A DNA stretch of 61,967 nucleotides, filler included, from a candidate division WOR-3 bacterium (GTDB taxonomy: Bacteria > SDB-A): the NCBI GenBank assembly GCA_016934535.1. It is 5 parts of 5 records of this genome, joined end to end, with 100 filler letters (N's around TTAATTAATTAA, not from the genome) between each part and the next. Parts side by side here need not be neighbours in the genome. Positions count along the whole stretch, not along the records: positions 1 to 10,219 come from JAFGSQ010000067.1; positions 10,320 to 15,737 come from JAFGSQ010000068.1; positions 15,838 to 34,567 come from JAFGSQ010000069.1; 2 more parts are not named here. One strand, written 5' to 3'. Made by a program: the position numbers and the translations under genes. The notes below the pieces were generated by a model. That model saw only the letters and a list, made by a program, of their open reading frames with translations, was not told where the DNA came from and ran no database searches. The first letter of the stretch is position 1. Each line of letters begins with the position of its first letter. Below are positions 10,135-19,245 of this stretch, in pieces.

Positions 10135-10208
10135 GGGTCCGTAGCTCAGTCGGTTAGAGCATCTGACTCATAATCAGGTGGTCGTAGGTTCGAGTCCTAC
10201 CGGGCCCA
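10135..10208 (+). tRNA. tRNA with CAT anticodon, probably tRNA-Ile2 (lysidine); elongator Met not excluded
   Basis: GGGTCCG/CGGGCCC acceptor, TAGCTCAG D arm, TCTGA-CTCATAA-TCAGG, GGTTCGAGTCC; no initiator features; CCA not encoded. Confidence 0.9.
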
Positions 10209-10219
10209 TTGACAATTAA

Positions 10220-10319
10220 NNNNNNNNNNNNNNNNNNNNNNNNNNNNNNNNNNNNNNNNNNNNTTAATTAATTAANNNNNNNNNNNNNNNNNNNNNNNNN
10301 NNNNNNNNNNNNNNNNNNN
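10220..10319. other. Artificial contig linker
   Basis: N44-TTAATTAATTAA-N44. Confidence 0.97.
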
Positions 10320-10340
10320 AAAAAGCTGTAAAGAAAAAAA

Positions 10341-11465
10341 TCACGGTAATACGACGAATTTACAAGTTATCACGTCAGAAGATGAAATAAAATAAACGGA
10401 TGGTCTTAAATCTGACGGAAGTTGATAGCGCGTAAAGCCGTTGTTTGACTCCGTCGGCGAGGTTGAAAATATTACTCTTCCTGTTACATCGGATAGAAAT
10501 ATGTTTTGTTTTGATAAGAAAGGTTTGTAAAAACAGGAAGCTGAAAGAGAAAAATCGACAAAGCAGGCGTAACATTCTTCGACGGCAGTCTCCTGTTCGA
10601 GAAGCCAGGTGGAAAGATTGAGGAAAAGCTCCCTGTTGTCGTGCTCTATCCAGTTGTTTTCATGGCTTGTTGGTCCGCTTCCGTCACAGCATGGAGAAGA
10701 ATCGCCGACTCCTCCGACTTTCCCGCTGCCGGCTTTACAAGTGACGACAATAATAAGTGTAGTGTCCTGAGGAGACATGTTTTTCCAAATATGCCCGCGA
10801 AGGGAATCAAGGGATGCGTTAATTCCGGGAAATACCGAAAAGACGTTTCCGACGTGGTAGGTGAACGTGTCAACCTTTCCGAAAGGTCCGTTAATAATGG
10901 GGTCGTCCGGCAAAGAAGAGACGTTGGTCCATGAGCCGGTTATACTGTTGTTGCCTTCTCCTTTGACATGAAGATGCATACCGAATCTCGGCTTGATGAA
11001 TCTTTCAGGATCATTGCCGGGAAAAGTTGTTATGTGTGGTTGAGTGTATCCGTCGAAGATGCTCGGAGAGTCCCATCCGTTGGCGTTTCTGTCAGACCCG
11101 TTGTGGTCGGCGATTATGAGAAGACTTCCGCCTGACAAAACGAAATTTTCTATGGCGTCCATCTCGGGAACTGAAAAAGTGTCTTGCGGTTCGGGTATTA
11201 TGAAAAGATCCACTCCGTTAAAAGTCGAAGATGTTATATAGTCGGTGTTTATCCTTACACTGTGTCCCATGAGATAGATTTCGTAAGCCCAAGTTGAAAG
11301 CTGACCATTCCAGGAATTAGGTCCTGACGGCGGATAAGGTTGGGGGATCGGCGAGTTGTCGTCGACTATAAAGTCATAGCTGGAGTAATTTGTCTGCGAA
11401 TGAGACTGATCGAAAAGTACTGTCTTACTGCAGACAGTAAAAAATATAATAAAAGTTAGAATCAT
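10341..11465 (-). CDS. Secreted protein with GATase-like/DUF4350-like domain and T9SS-like C-terminal domain
   Basis: Signal peptide; VLFDQSH, FIIPEP, FVLSGGSLLIIADH; C-terminal DVTGR...LRPSVYFI...KFVVLP. Confidence 0.55.
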   Translation of the reverse strand: MILTFIIFFTVCSKTVLFDQSHSQTNYSSYDFIVDDNSPIPQPYPPSGPNSWNGQLSTWAYEIYLMGHSVRINTDYITSSTFNGVDLFIIPEPQDTFSVPEMDAIENFVLSGGSLLIIADHNGSDRNANGWDSPSIFDGYTQPHITTFPGNDPERFIKPRFGMHLHVKGEGNNSITGSWTNVSSLPDDPIINGPFGKVDTFTYHVGNVFSVFPGINASLDSLRGHIWKNMSPQDTTLIIVVTCKAGSGKVGGVGDSSPCCDGSGPTSHENNWIEHDNRELFLNLSTWLLEQETAVEECYACFVDFSLSASCFYKPFLSKQNIFLSDVTGRVIFSTSPTESNNGFTRYQLPSDLRPSVYFISSSDVITCKFVVLP

Positions 11466-11507
11466 TTATGTATTTTATCAGCAAATGCTTTTTAATGAAA
11501 CTTGATA

Positions 11508-11534
11508 ATAACGGGATGTTTTACATCCCGTTAT
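11508..11534 (-). terminator. Hairpin downstream of Hsp20 operon
   Basis: ATAACGGGATGT-ttt-ACATCCCGTTAT 12-bp inverted repeat just past the last hsp20 stop; no strong U tract. Confidence 0.55.
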
Positions 11535-11536
11535 CA

Positions 11537-12016
11537 TTATTCTTTTTTTATCGAAATTTTTTTGATGTTTTCACGTTTTTCGGTTTTCGGGATCTTTATT
11601 TCCAGAACTCCTTTTTTGAAAGTCGCCTCGGCTTTGTCAGCTTCAACCTCAGAGGGTAGATTTATGATCCTCTTGAAATAACCGGATTTTCTTTCAACGT
11701 AATAATAGTTTTCTTTCTCGGTTTCGGTATCGTCTTTTTTTTCTCCGCATATCTTCAGCGTGTTCTCGTTAATAGTTATTTCAACATCTTTTTCGTCCAT
11801 ACCGGGTAGTTCGGTAGAGACAGTAAAATTATTCCTGTCTTCTTTTACGTTCACTCTCGGGAAAAAATCGTTTGTCCTAAAAACGGCGGAGGGCTCAAAT
11901 CCTGTAAAGAAATCGTCGAACAGTCTGTTCATTTCCCTTTGAAAGGAAATCATGACAGGTTCTCCGTTTTTTTTATGGTCTTCTCTTTGCCAAGGTATCA
12001 AGTCTTTGAAAGCCAT
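11537..12016 (-). CDS. Hsp20/alpha-crystallin small heat shock protein
   Basis: REMNRLFDDFF, ELPGMDEKDV, ERKSGYFKRIINLP, ATFKKGVLEIKIPK. Confidence 0.92.
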   Translation of the reverse strand: MAFKDLIPWQREDHKKNGEPVMISFQREMNRLFDDFFTGFEPSAVFRTNDFFPRVNVKEDRNNFTVSTELPGMDEKDVEITINENTLKICGEKKDDTETEKENYYYVERKSGYFKRIINLPSEVEADKAEATFKKGVLEIKIPKTEKRENIKKISIKKE

Positions 12017-12028
12017 GATTGCCTCCTC

Positions 12029-12397
12029 TCATTCTTTTTTTATTTCGATTTTTCTTGGTTTTACTTCGTCAGAAAACGGCAGGAACATTTCAAGAACGCC
12101 GTCTTTCATAGATGCATTGATTTTCCGGCATGATACGTTTTTTGGAAGAGTGAATTCCCTTTGGTAATCGCATTCGTCATATTCTCTGTGAAGTGTTCTA
12201 AACATCTCCCCCATAGCATCGCTGTATGAAGCTTTCACCGTCAGAACATTGTTTTCTATTGATATCTCTGTGCTTTTGTCGTCTGCGCCCGGCAGATCCA
12301 TGAATATTTTTATGCCGTCCTCGCACGAAACGACATCAGTCGCCGGTTTGCAGATATTCGTCCTTTTCTGAATTTCTTTTTTTTCCGTAGTCTGCAT
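12029..12397 (-). CDS. Hsp20/alpha-crystallin small heat shock protein
   Basis: PATDV, MDLPG, YQREFTLP, ASMKDGVLEM; ATG 12397 after GGAGG. Confidence 0.88.
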   Translation of the reverse strand: MQTTEKKEIQKRTNICKPATDVVSCEDGIKIFMDLPGADDKSTEISIENNVLTVKASYSDAMGEMFRTLHREYDECDYQREFTLPKNVSCRKINASMKDGVLEMFLPFSDEVKPRKIEIKKE

Positions 12398-12411
12398 AAA
12401 CACCTCCGGTG

Positions 12412-12807
12412 CTATTTAATTCTTATCTTTTTAGGTTTGTCTTCTTCTGCCCTCTCGAAAGTCACAGTGATAACGCCGTTTTTGTAAACGGCTTCGTATT
12501 TTTCTGTATTGACTTTGAAAGGGAAATTAACCGTTCTTTTGAAACTGCCGAAAATCCTTTCCTCTTTAATCGCCTGATCATCAGTGGTTTTTATTCTCTC
12601 GACCGTGAGAGTGAGCGATTCGGGTGTTGCAACGACGTCTATTACACTCATACCCGGAGCGAAGAATCTTAAGACCGTTTTGTCCTGGCCCTCATAGATA
12701 CTGCAAGGAGGATAACCGGCTGAAATGCTATTGAAAGCAGAATTTATGCTCTCTCTAAGCCTGCGAATATCCTCGTAAGTTTCGACAGGAAAAAGATCGT
12801 GTATCAT
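12412..12807 (-). CDS. Hsp20/alpha-crystallin small heat shock protein
   Basis: YPPCSIYE, APGM, ERIFGSFKRTVNFP, AVYKNGVITV, KPKKIRIK. Confidence 0.88.
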   Translation of the reverse strand: MIHDLFPVETYEDIRRLRESINSAFNSISAGYPPCSIYEGQDKTVLRFFAPGMSVIDVVATPESLTLTVERIKTTDDQAIKEERIFGSFKRTVNFPFKVNTEKYEAVYKNGVITVTFERAEEDKPKKIRIK

Positions 12808-12972
12808 AAACCCTCCTTTTTTTCGTCCACTTCCAATTAAAAAAGTATTTGAGAATTATTTTTTGTCAATATGGAAAATTTATTTTACGCCTCTGTATCA
12901 GATTTGCATGAATTCAGAAAGACGGAAGCGGCCGTTATATCTATTTAATGGCGATGTGTTGAGATTATATGT

Positions 12973-14034
12973 TCAGAATTCCATGGTATCCGGAATTCCG
13001 GAAGAAACAATCACTCTGATCGTGTCGCCGTTAAACGAAGTGTCACCTGGGAGTGGGAATTGCGATATGACAGTGTTTGGCGGAGAAGGATTTGTTGTCT
13101 CGCTGTCAACAAAGATGACGAGACCCATGTTTTTAAGCATAAGTTCAGCCTCGATCAGTTTAATGTCGACTACAGAAGGAACTATTAGTGCTTTGGATCC
13201 GAGAGAAACAAAAATTCTTATTCTCGTGCCGGGCAAAGCGTCAGACCCACCTTCTGGCGAAGAACCGATGATCCAATTTTCCTGGACTGTGTCGCAGTAA
13301 AGGGATTCAATTTCGAAACTGAAATTTTTAGAGGACATAATTACGAGCGCTCTTTCAAGAGGCAGTCCTCCGAGATGAGGGATTGTCTGCATGGAATCAG
13401 GAACCCAGTCGATGTTATCCGACAGGACATTAATCCACAGCTCAATCTGTGAAGGGTCGGAAATGTAAGTTCCCGCCGGCGGGTCCTGTCTTATAATAAC
13501 GCTATCGGGCATCTCTGAACTCAGGTTCGAATAGTGTATGTTTGAAATTGGTACAGAGTCGAAACCATGTTCGTAAAGAAGTATCTGAGCTGATTCGAGA
13601 TTGAGCCCGTAAAGGTCAGGTAAAGCGGTTTTTTCAGGGTTTAGTCCCGCAGAGTCTATGAATGCGTCTGTGTAAACAAAGCCTGAAGAGAATCCGGAGG
13701 ACAGGGTAAAAAAGGCAAGGGAGACAAGAGAGAAGTATTTTGAAGCCGAACCTTTTCTGTATTTCCCTGAAATCATTTTTCCGGCTATTTTTGAAAGAAT
13801 GAATGACCACAGCATAGACAAAAGCAGTAAAGCGAAATAACTGACGGCCATAAGAATGAAAAATTTTTTAACTGAAGAAGAAGAAATGTCAGTAACTTTG
13901 AAAAGAGAAAAGAGAGCAAGTTTCGAAACACCGAACATCACTACAGCGGAGATAAGAGAACCTGTCAGCACCGACAGTGTGAAATTGAAAATCTTCACGG
14001 GATTACTTTCATTGTTCTTTTTAGGCATAAGCAA
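12973..14034 (-). CDS. Membrane protein with three PASTA domains
   Basis: Three N-terminal TM segments; LPDLYG...VIIRQDPPAG, IPHLGG...IGSSPEGG, VPSVVD...VISQFPLPG repeats. Confidence 0.8.
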   Translation of the reverse strand: MLMPKKNNESNPVKIFNFTLSVLTGSLISAVVMFGVSKLALFSLFKVTDISSSSVKKFFILMAVSYFALLLLSMLWSFILSKIAGKMISGKYRKGSASKYFSLVSLAFFTLSSGFSSGFVYTDAFIDSAGLNPEKTALPDLYGLNLESAQILLYEHGFDSVPISNIHYSNLSSEMPDSVIIRQDPPAGTYISDPSQIELWINVLSDNIDWVPDSMQTIPHLGGLPLERALVIMSSKNFSFEIESLYCDTVQENWIIGSSPEGGSDALPGTRIRIFVSLGSKALIVPSVVDIKLIEAELMLKNMGLVIFVDSETTNPSPPNTVISQFPLPGDTSFNGDTIRVIVSSGIPDTMEF

Positions 14035-14036
14035 TT

Positions 14037-15605
14037 CTATTCGTTGCCGGAGCCGTTGTCAAATTCCCAGTACTTTTCGGCTTCGTCGGTTAAAGCGCCG
14101 AGAACAGCAGTTTTTTTTTCGTTTTGATTGAGTTCACCGAAATATTTAGTGATTCCGGTAAATCTGAATGAATGAAAATATAATCCGATTTTCCCTCCGG
14201 ATAAAATGAGTGTGTTGTCGTCTGACGAGGAAACAAAAGGGGGCAGAGTGTCTCCGAGAATTACACGACGCCTGACCGAGTCGTTTGGAAACGGCGATGT
14301 TCCTGAATTGAACATGTAACATACCTGCACCGGAGAGACACCGTTTGAGAGAAACCGGAAAGCTTCTCTGATTTGTGTGGTGTCTGCGTCCTCCCTGTAA
14401 ATTGCGGTAAAGACAAGATGCTCTTCATAATCAATCTTGGAGTAACTGATAGAATCTATTATGGAATAGTAAAGTTCATCGAAATAAGAAATAAAACTTT
14501 GGACGTATTCCTCCGCTCTTGTTTCGAAAGGAAGATTGAAATCAGACAAATCGCTCAGGGAATCGGAAATTAAGAAATTTAAAGATATGGGCGTTGAATA
14601 AACAGTCTCTCTGTCGTACCTCAATCCTGGCAAGAGGTGAACGGTTCCGGAAGTTCTTTCGTCTGCAATGATGATAGGTGATTTCGACGCTAGAAGTAAA
14701 TTAATTCCGTCGTATAGGAACACTGTGTCATTCATGAAAGTGTCTGAAAAAAGGCACACATAATCGGTGTTCCAGCGCAGCCAGTTTTGAGCAAGATAAA
14801 GAGACGTTTGTCTTACGTCGGGAAAAGAAGTAGCGGCAGTTTTTATATCCGGTTTGACAGCCTTTACGGATTCGTTCAGAGCAAAAATTACAGCGTCAAT
14901 GTTTTCGATCCTTCTGGAATTCCTGTTTAAAAATCTATAAAAGAGCCATTGGTTTAAAAGAGATCTGGGGCTGTCAGGAGCGTATTTGAGCAAATTGTCC
15001 GGATCGAGATCAGGTAATTCAAGATAGAGGTCCGGGGGCAGGTTTTCGGAAGGATACCTTACGAAATCGAAGATGATTCCGTCTATGTCATATTTTGACG
15101 TCAGTTCTTTCGCAACAGAGCAGAGATAAGATATGACATCTGGATTTGAAGGATCCAGATATATTCCTTCAAATCCTTCGTTTATGAGTGAATCGATAGG
15201 AATGAAACCTTTCCTCTTGAAGTCGTATAAATCTATCAGAGCCCATTCAGGATGCAAGTTTAGCACATGTTCCGGATCCTCAGGCATTCTGAAATCTGAC
15301 CATACAAGAAGAGTGTTGATCCAGATATAAACTTTTAAATCTCTTTGTTTTAGTTCCGTGAGGACTAAATCAAGCGGGTCATAGTTTATTTCTTCATGAA
15401 CAGGCAAAACAGAAGACGGGTAATATGCCGTTCCGTTCTTTACGGCCTGAATGACGACCGTGTTGATGCTTTGAGAACTGAACCATCCAAAGGATTCAGG
15501 CGCCTGCTCGATGAACTCTGAAGGAAGCCAGACCGCTCTAACGTTCTTCACGTTGTCTTCAGTGATGTTTGTTGAAATAACTAATAAGAATAATATGACA
15601 ATCAT
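14037..15605 (-). CDS. Glycosyl hydrolase-like family 10 (GHL10/DUF187) protein
   Basis: VRAVW, GTAYYPS, YDPL, HPEW, YLDPSNPDV, YDIDGIIFDFVRYP. Confidence 0.75.
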   Translation of the reverse strand: MIVILFLLVISTNITEDNVKNVRAVWLPSEFIEQAPESFGWFSSQSINTVVIQAVKNGTAYYPSSVLPVHEEINYDPLDLVLTELKQRDLKVYIWINTLLVWSDFRMPEDPEHVLNLHPEWALIDLYDFKRKGFIPIDSLINEGFEGIYLDPSNPDVISYLCSVAKELTSKYDIDGIIFDFVRYPSENLPPDLYLELPDLDPDNLLKYAPDSPRSLLNQWLFYRFLNRNSRRIENIDAVIFALNESVKAVKPDIKTAATSFPDVRQTSLYLAQNWLRWNTDYVCLFSDTFMNDTVFLYDGINLLLASKSPIIIADERTSGTVHLLPGLRYDRETVYSTPISLNFLISDSLSDLSDFNLPFETRAEEYVQSFISYFDELYYSIIDSISYSKIDYEEHLVFTAIYREDADTTQIREAFRFLSNGVSPVQVCYMFNSGTSPFPNDSVRRRVILGDTLPPFVSSSDDNTLILSGGKIGLYFHSFRFTGITKYFGELNQNEKKTAVLGALTDEAEKYWEFDNGSGNE

Positions 15606-15610
15606 TAGAT

Positions 15611-15642
15611 AAAAGCGGGCGGAAAGAAAATTCCATCCGCCC
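15611..15642 (-). terminator. Rho-independent terminator after tRNA-Glu
   Basis: Minus strand GGGCGGA...TCCGCCC followed by GCTTTT. Confidence 0.55.
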
Positions 15643-15651
15643 AGTTATATT

Positions 15652-15725
15652 TCACCCGTACGGGACTCGAACCCGTACTCTTCGGCTTGAAAGGCCGATG
15701 TGTTAACCACTTACACTAACGGGTG
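15652..15725 (-). tRNA. tRNA-Glu(TTC), atypical
   Basis: CACCCGT/ACGGGTG acceptor, GTGT/ACAC D stem, TCGGC-CTTTCAA-GCCGA, ACGGG-TTCGAGT-CCCGT; CCA not encoded. Confidence 0.9.
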
Positions 15726-15737
15726 TTTTTTTTACAC

Positions 15738-15837
15738 NNNNNNNNNNNNNNNNNNNNNNNNNNNNNNNNNNNNNNNNNNNNTTAATTAATTAANNNNNNN
15801 NNNNNNNNNNNNNNNNNNNNNNNNNNNNNNNNNNNNN
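15738..15837. other. Artificial contig linker
   Basis: N44-TTAATTAATTAA-N44. Confidence 0.97.
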
Positions 15838-15932
15838 GCTCCCCAGCTCCCGTCTATGCTCTCCTGCCAGCCAAAAACTGCTCCGGCGAAGATGAAGCTA
15901 AGACAGAAAAAAACCGAAAAAGCTTTTTTCAT
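15838..15932 (-). CDS. 5' fragment of a secreted protein, cut by contig end
   Basis: GAGGAG RBS then MKKAFSVFFCLSFIFAGAVFGWQESIDGSWG (signal peptide). Confidence 0.6.
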
Positions 15933-16087
15933 GTTCACTCCTCTTTTTGTGGTCAACCAAAAAAAAACACTCCTCCGACAAAACTTTCGTTATTTTTATC
16001 CTTTTTCCAATAATCTGTCAACTTTTATAAATATTTTGTTCCCTTGCCCTGAGGAAAATATTCCTTAAATTGAGACTATTTCAACAT

Positions 16088-17917
16088 TTATTCAACCGTA
16101 ACGCTTTTAGCGAGGTTTCTAGGCTGGTCAATACTGCATCCTCTTTCGACTGCTACATAATATGCAAGGATTTGCATGGGTAAAACCGTTAAAAGGGGAT
16201 AAAGAGAGTCGATTGTTTCTGGAACATATATGACGTGATCCACTTTTTTCCTTATCTCATCATCTCCCTCTGTCGCAATGGCTATGACTTTGCCCTTCCT
16301 TGCCTTGACTTCTTCGATGTTGCCCAAAACTTTTGTGTAAACCGAATCTTTTATGGCTATAACGACAACCGGCATTTCTTTATCTATCAGGGCTATTGGC
16401 CCGTGTTTCATCTCAGCGGCCGGATAACCTTCGGCATGAACGTAGCTTATCTCTTTAAGTTTTAGGGCGCCTTCAAGAGCGACCGGATAGTTGAATCCTC
16501 TTCCGAGGTAGAGAAAATTGTTTCTATCGCTGTATGTTTTTGCAATATTTTTTATCAATTCGGCACTATTCAAAACAGCGCTGATTTTATCCGGAATTTC
16601 ACCTATGCAGTCGACGTACTTTTTTCCGTCGTCATAAGACAGGCTTCTCATTCTTCCTAAAAGAAGGCTTATAAGATTGAGGACCATCACCTGCGCGGAA
16701 AAGGCTTTCGTCGATGCGACGCCGATTTCGGGTCCGGCATGTATATACACTCCTCCGTCGCTTTCTCTGGCGATGGTGCTCCCGACAACATTGCATATAC
16801 CTAGGCAAACAGATCCCTTTCTCGAAGCTTCTCTCATGGCCGCGAGTGTGTCCGCTGTTTCACCACTTTGGCTTATTGCGAAAGTCAGGCTGTTTTTTCT
16901 GACGACGGGATTCTTATATCTGAATTCGCTCGCGTATTCGACGTGAACCTGTATTCCGGCGTTCTTTTCTATGACATATCCTCCTATGAGGCCGGCGTAG
17001 TAAGAAGTTCCGCATCCGAGTATTATCAGGCTGTCGGTCGAGAGCAGCTGTTTTCTGTGTTTGTCGAGTCCGTCGAGCCTCGCCGTTCCGTTCTCTCTGT
17101 CGAGTCTTCCCCTGATCGAATCCTTTATAATTTGTGATTGCTCGTTTATTTCTTTAAGCATGAAATGGGCGTAACCGCTTTTTTCAATTTTTCTTATGTC
17201 CGTTTCTATGGTTTGCAGTTTCGGCGTCACCTTGACTTTATCGATTGTCTCTATAAGGTATTCGTCTTTTCTGACTTCGGCAATTTCGTTGTCTTCGAGA
17301 TAGACAACCTTGTTTGTGTGGTCAATTATAGCCGCCGTGTCGGACGCGACAAGCATTCCTCCTTCCGAATGTCCTATCGCGAGCGGACTTCCCAGTCTAG
17401 CTATTACAATCTTGTCGGGTTCTAGAGAGGATATTACTGCAATGCCGTATGTTCCCTCGGCTTCCTGAAGCGACTGCCTGACGGCTTCAAACAAATTCCC
17501 TTCGTAAAATTCTTCGATCAGATGTACGAGGACTTCCGTGTCAGTCTCGGTTTTGAAAGAATGTCCCCGGTCTAAAAGTATCTTTTTCAGAGCGCTGTAA
17601 TTTTCTATGATCCCGTTGTGCACAATTGCAATATTGTTTTTACAGTCTGTGTGAGGGTGAGCGTTTATTTCGTTGGGTTCTCCGTGCGTCGCCCATCTCG
17701 TATGAGCTATCCCGATTGTTGTCGTCGGTTTCCACTCTCTTATCTCGGCTTCCAGCTCCTTTACTTTACCGGCTCTTTTTTCTATTGAAATGAGATTGTT
17801 TTTATCAATAACCGCTATTCCGGCAGAGTCGTAGCCTCTGTATTCAAGCCTTTTCAATCCTTTAAGCAGAATTGCGACTGTGTTTTCCTTGCCAATAGAA
17901 CCTACTATACCGCACAT
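16088..17917 (-). CDS. glmS: Glutamine--fructose-6-phosphate transaminase
   Basis: MCGIV, LEYRGYDSAG, HTRWATHG, SQSGETADT, PRNLAKSVTVE. Confidence 0.97.
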   Translation of the reverse strand: MCGIVGSIGKENTVAILLKGLKRLEYRGYDSAGIAVIDKNNLISIEKRAGKVKELEAEIREWKPTTTIGIAHTRWATHGEPNEINAHPHTDCKNNIAIVHNGIIENYSALKKILLDRGHSFKTETDTEVLVHLIEEFYEGNLFEAVRQSLQEAEGTYGIAVISSLEPDKIVIARLGSPLAIGHSEGGMLVASDTAAIIDHTNKVVYLEDNEIAEVRKDEYLIETIDKVKVTPKLQTIETDIRKIEKSGYAHFMLKEINEQSQIIKDSIRGRLDRENGTARLDGLDKHRKQLLSTDSLIILGCGTSYYAGLIGGYVIEKNAGIQVHVEYASEFRYKNPVVRKNSLTFAISQSGETADTLAAMREASRKGSVCLGICNVVGSTIARESDGGVYIHAGPEIGVASTKAFSAQVMVLNLISLLLGRMRSLSYDDGKKYVDCIGEIPDKISAVLNSAELIKNIAKTYSDRNNFLYLGRGFNYPVALEGALKLKEISYVHAEGYPAAEMKHGPIALIDKEMPVVVIAIKDSVYTKVLGNIEEVKARKGKVIAIATEGDDEIRKKVDHVIYVPETIDSLYPLLTVLPMQILAYYVAVERGCSIDQPRNLAKSVTVE

Positions 17918-19245
17918 TTTCTAAGCCTTTCCGTCAGTTTAAAAAGTATTTTTTCAGATTCATTTTTTTCCTGTGTTTCGACGATTAGTCTGATAGCTTT
18001 TTCGGTCCCCGACTTTCTCACATGAAACCATGCTGTGTCATTTTGCCATCTGATGCCGTCTATACCGACAAATTCGGCATTTTTAATAACACCCTCGAAA
18101 AGAGAAGGTTGGATGTCTCCTTCGAAATCGTCGATTTTGTTTTTTATCATGTGAGTCGAAGGCAGTTTTTTGACGGCTTCTTTCAGAGTCATGCCGTGTT
18201 TTTTCAGATAGCCGAGGATTAGAAGAACTGCCGTCTGAGCGTCACGAGCGGGGTGAACAGACGGAAAGATCACGCCTCCGTTTCCTTCTCCCCCTATGAC
18301 GGCTTTTTTTTCGAACATAGTATCGACTACTTTTCCTTCGCCAACGGGAGACATAAAAAAAGCGCAACCCTCTTTTTCAGCTATTATTTTTACGGCCGAT
18401 GATGTAGACACGTTCGTGACAACCGGTCCTTTTTCTTTTTCGAGAACCGCAAGAACTGCCAGCTGAAGAGTCCTTTCTTCTCCGACCGGTATCCCGTCTT
18501 CGTCGACAAGAGCGAGCCTGTCTCCGTCTGTGTCAGTTGCCAAGCCAACAGTATTGCCGTGTTTTGCTACGGTTTTCGACAATTCTTTTAGATTTTCAGG
18601 CACCGGTTCGAGTTCTCTTGTGAAATTTCCATCTTTTCCGCCTCCGAGGGTTTCCAGTATATCGCAGTCCATTTTCGCGCAAAGTTCCGGCAAAATTGTG
18701 GATGATGCGCCGCCCGCAGTGTCTATAACCACGCGGATACCTGAACATTTGACAAACCATTCCGAATTTATCAAAGCGTCGAGATGTGTTTTTTCAGCCC
18801 TGTCGAATTCTTGATATGCTCCCCGGTCATTATGATTTGACCAGACAGGGCTTTTTGAATCGACAATATCAAAAAGGACTTTTATGTCGTCTGAATTTAA
18901 AAAAACACCACCTTTTTTTACGAACTTCAAAGCGTTCCATTTTTCGGGGTTGTGTGAAGCCGTGACTATTACGGCGCCTGCGTAACCGCCTTTTTTGACA
19001 TTTATCAAAACTGTCGGAGTGGTAACAATTCCGAAATCGGTCACGTCTCTTCCGGAGGACATAAGTGAACCTGCGGCTATCATGGCAAATTGACCGCCTG
19101 ATTTTCTGGGATCCCTGCCTATACAAACAGCTCCGTCTCCGAGAAACCGTGCAAAAGCATTCGTGTAGCGGACAACGACGTCTGGGTCAAACCCGTCGCC
19201 GACTATGCCTCTGTAGCCCGATACACTGCGAACAAAATTCATCAA
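17905..19245 (-). CDS. glmM: Phosphoglucosamine mutase (phosphohexomutase family)
   Basis: SVSGYRG, TASHNP, DTDGDR, GGEGNGG, RKSGTE; adjacent to glmS. Confidence 0.8.
   Translation of the reverse strand: MMNFVRSVSGYRGIVGDGFDPDVVVRYTNAFARFLGDGAVCIGRDPRKSGGQFAMIAAGSLMSSGRDVTDFGIVTTPTVLINVKKGGYAGAVIVTASHNPEKWNALKFVKKGGVFLNSDDIKVLFDIVDSKSPVWSNHNDRGAYQEFDRAEKTHLDALINSEWFVKCSGIRVVIDTAGGASSTILPELCAKMDCDILETLGGGKDGNFTRELEPVPENLKELSKTVAKHGNTVGLATDTDGDRLALVDEDGIPVGEERTLQLAVLAVLEKEKGPVVTNVSTSSAVKIIAEKEGCAFFMSPVGEGKVVDTMFEKKAVIGGEGNGGVIFPSVHPARDAQTAVLLILGYLKKHGMTLKEAVKKLPSTHMIKNKIDDFEGDIQPSLFEGVIKNAEFVGIDGIRWQNDTAWFHVRKSGTEKAIRLIVETQEKNESEKILFKLTERLRKCAV

Noticed and set aside
10220-10319. Repeated TTAATTAATTAA flanked by Ns, four copies
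   Set aside because: Identical 100-bp artificial linker with stops in all frames; not a biological repeat
12808-12972. CIRCE element upstream of hsp20, and ORF 12863-13300
   Set aside because: No CIRCE inverted repeat; the ORF is mostly antisense to the PASTA gene
17905-18100. glmS ribozyme
   Set aside because: glmS overlaps glmM, leaving no leader
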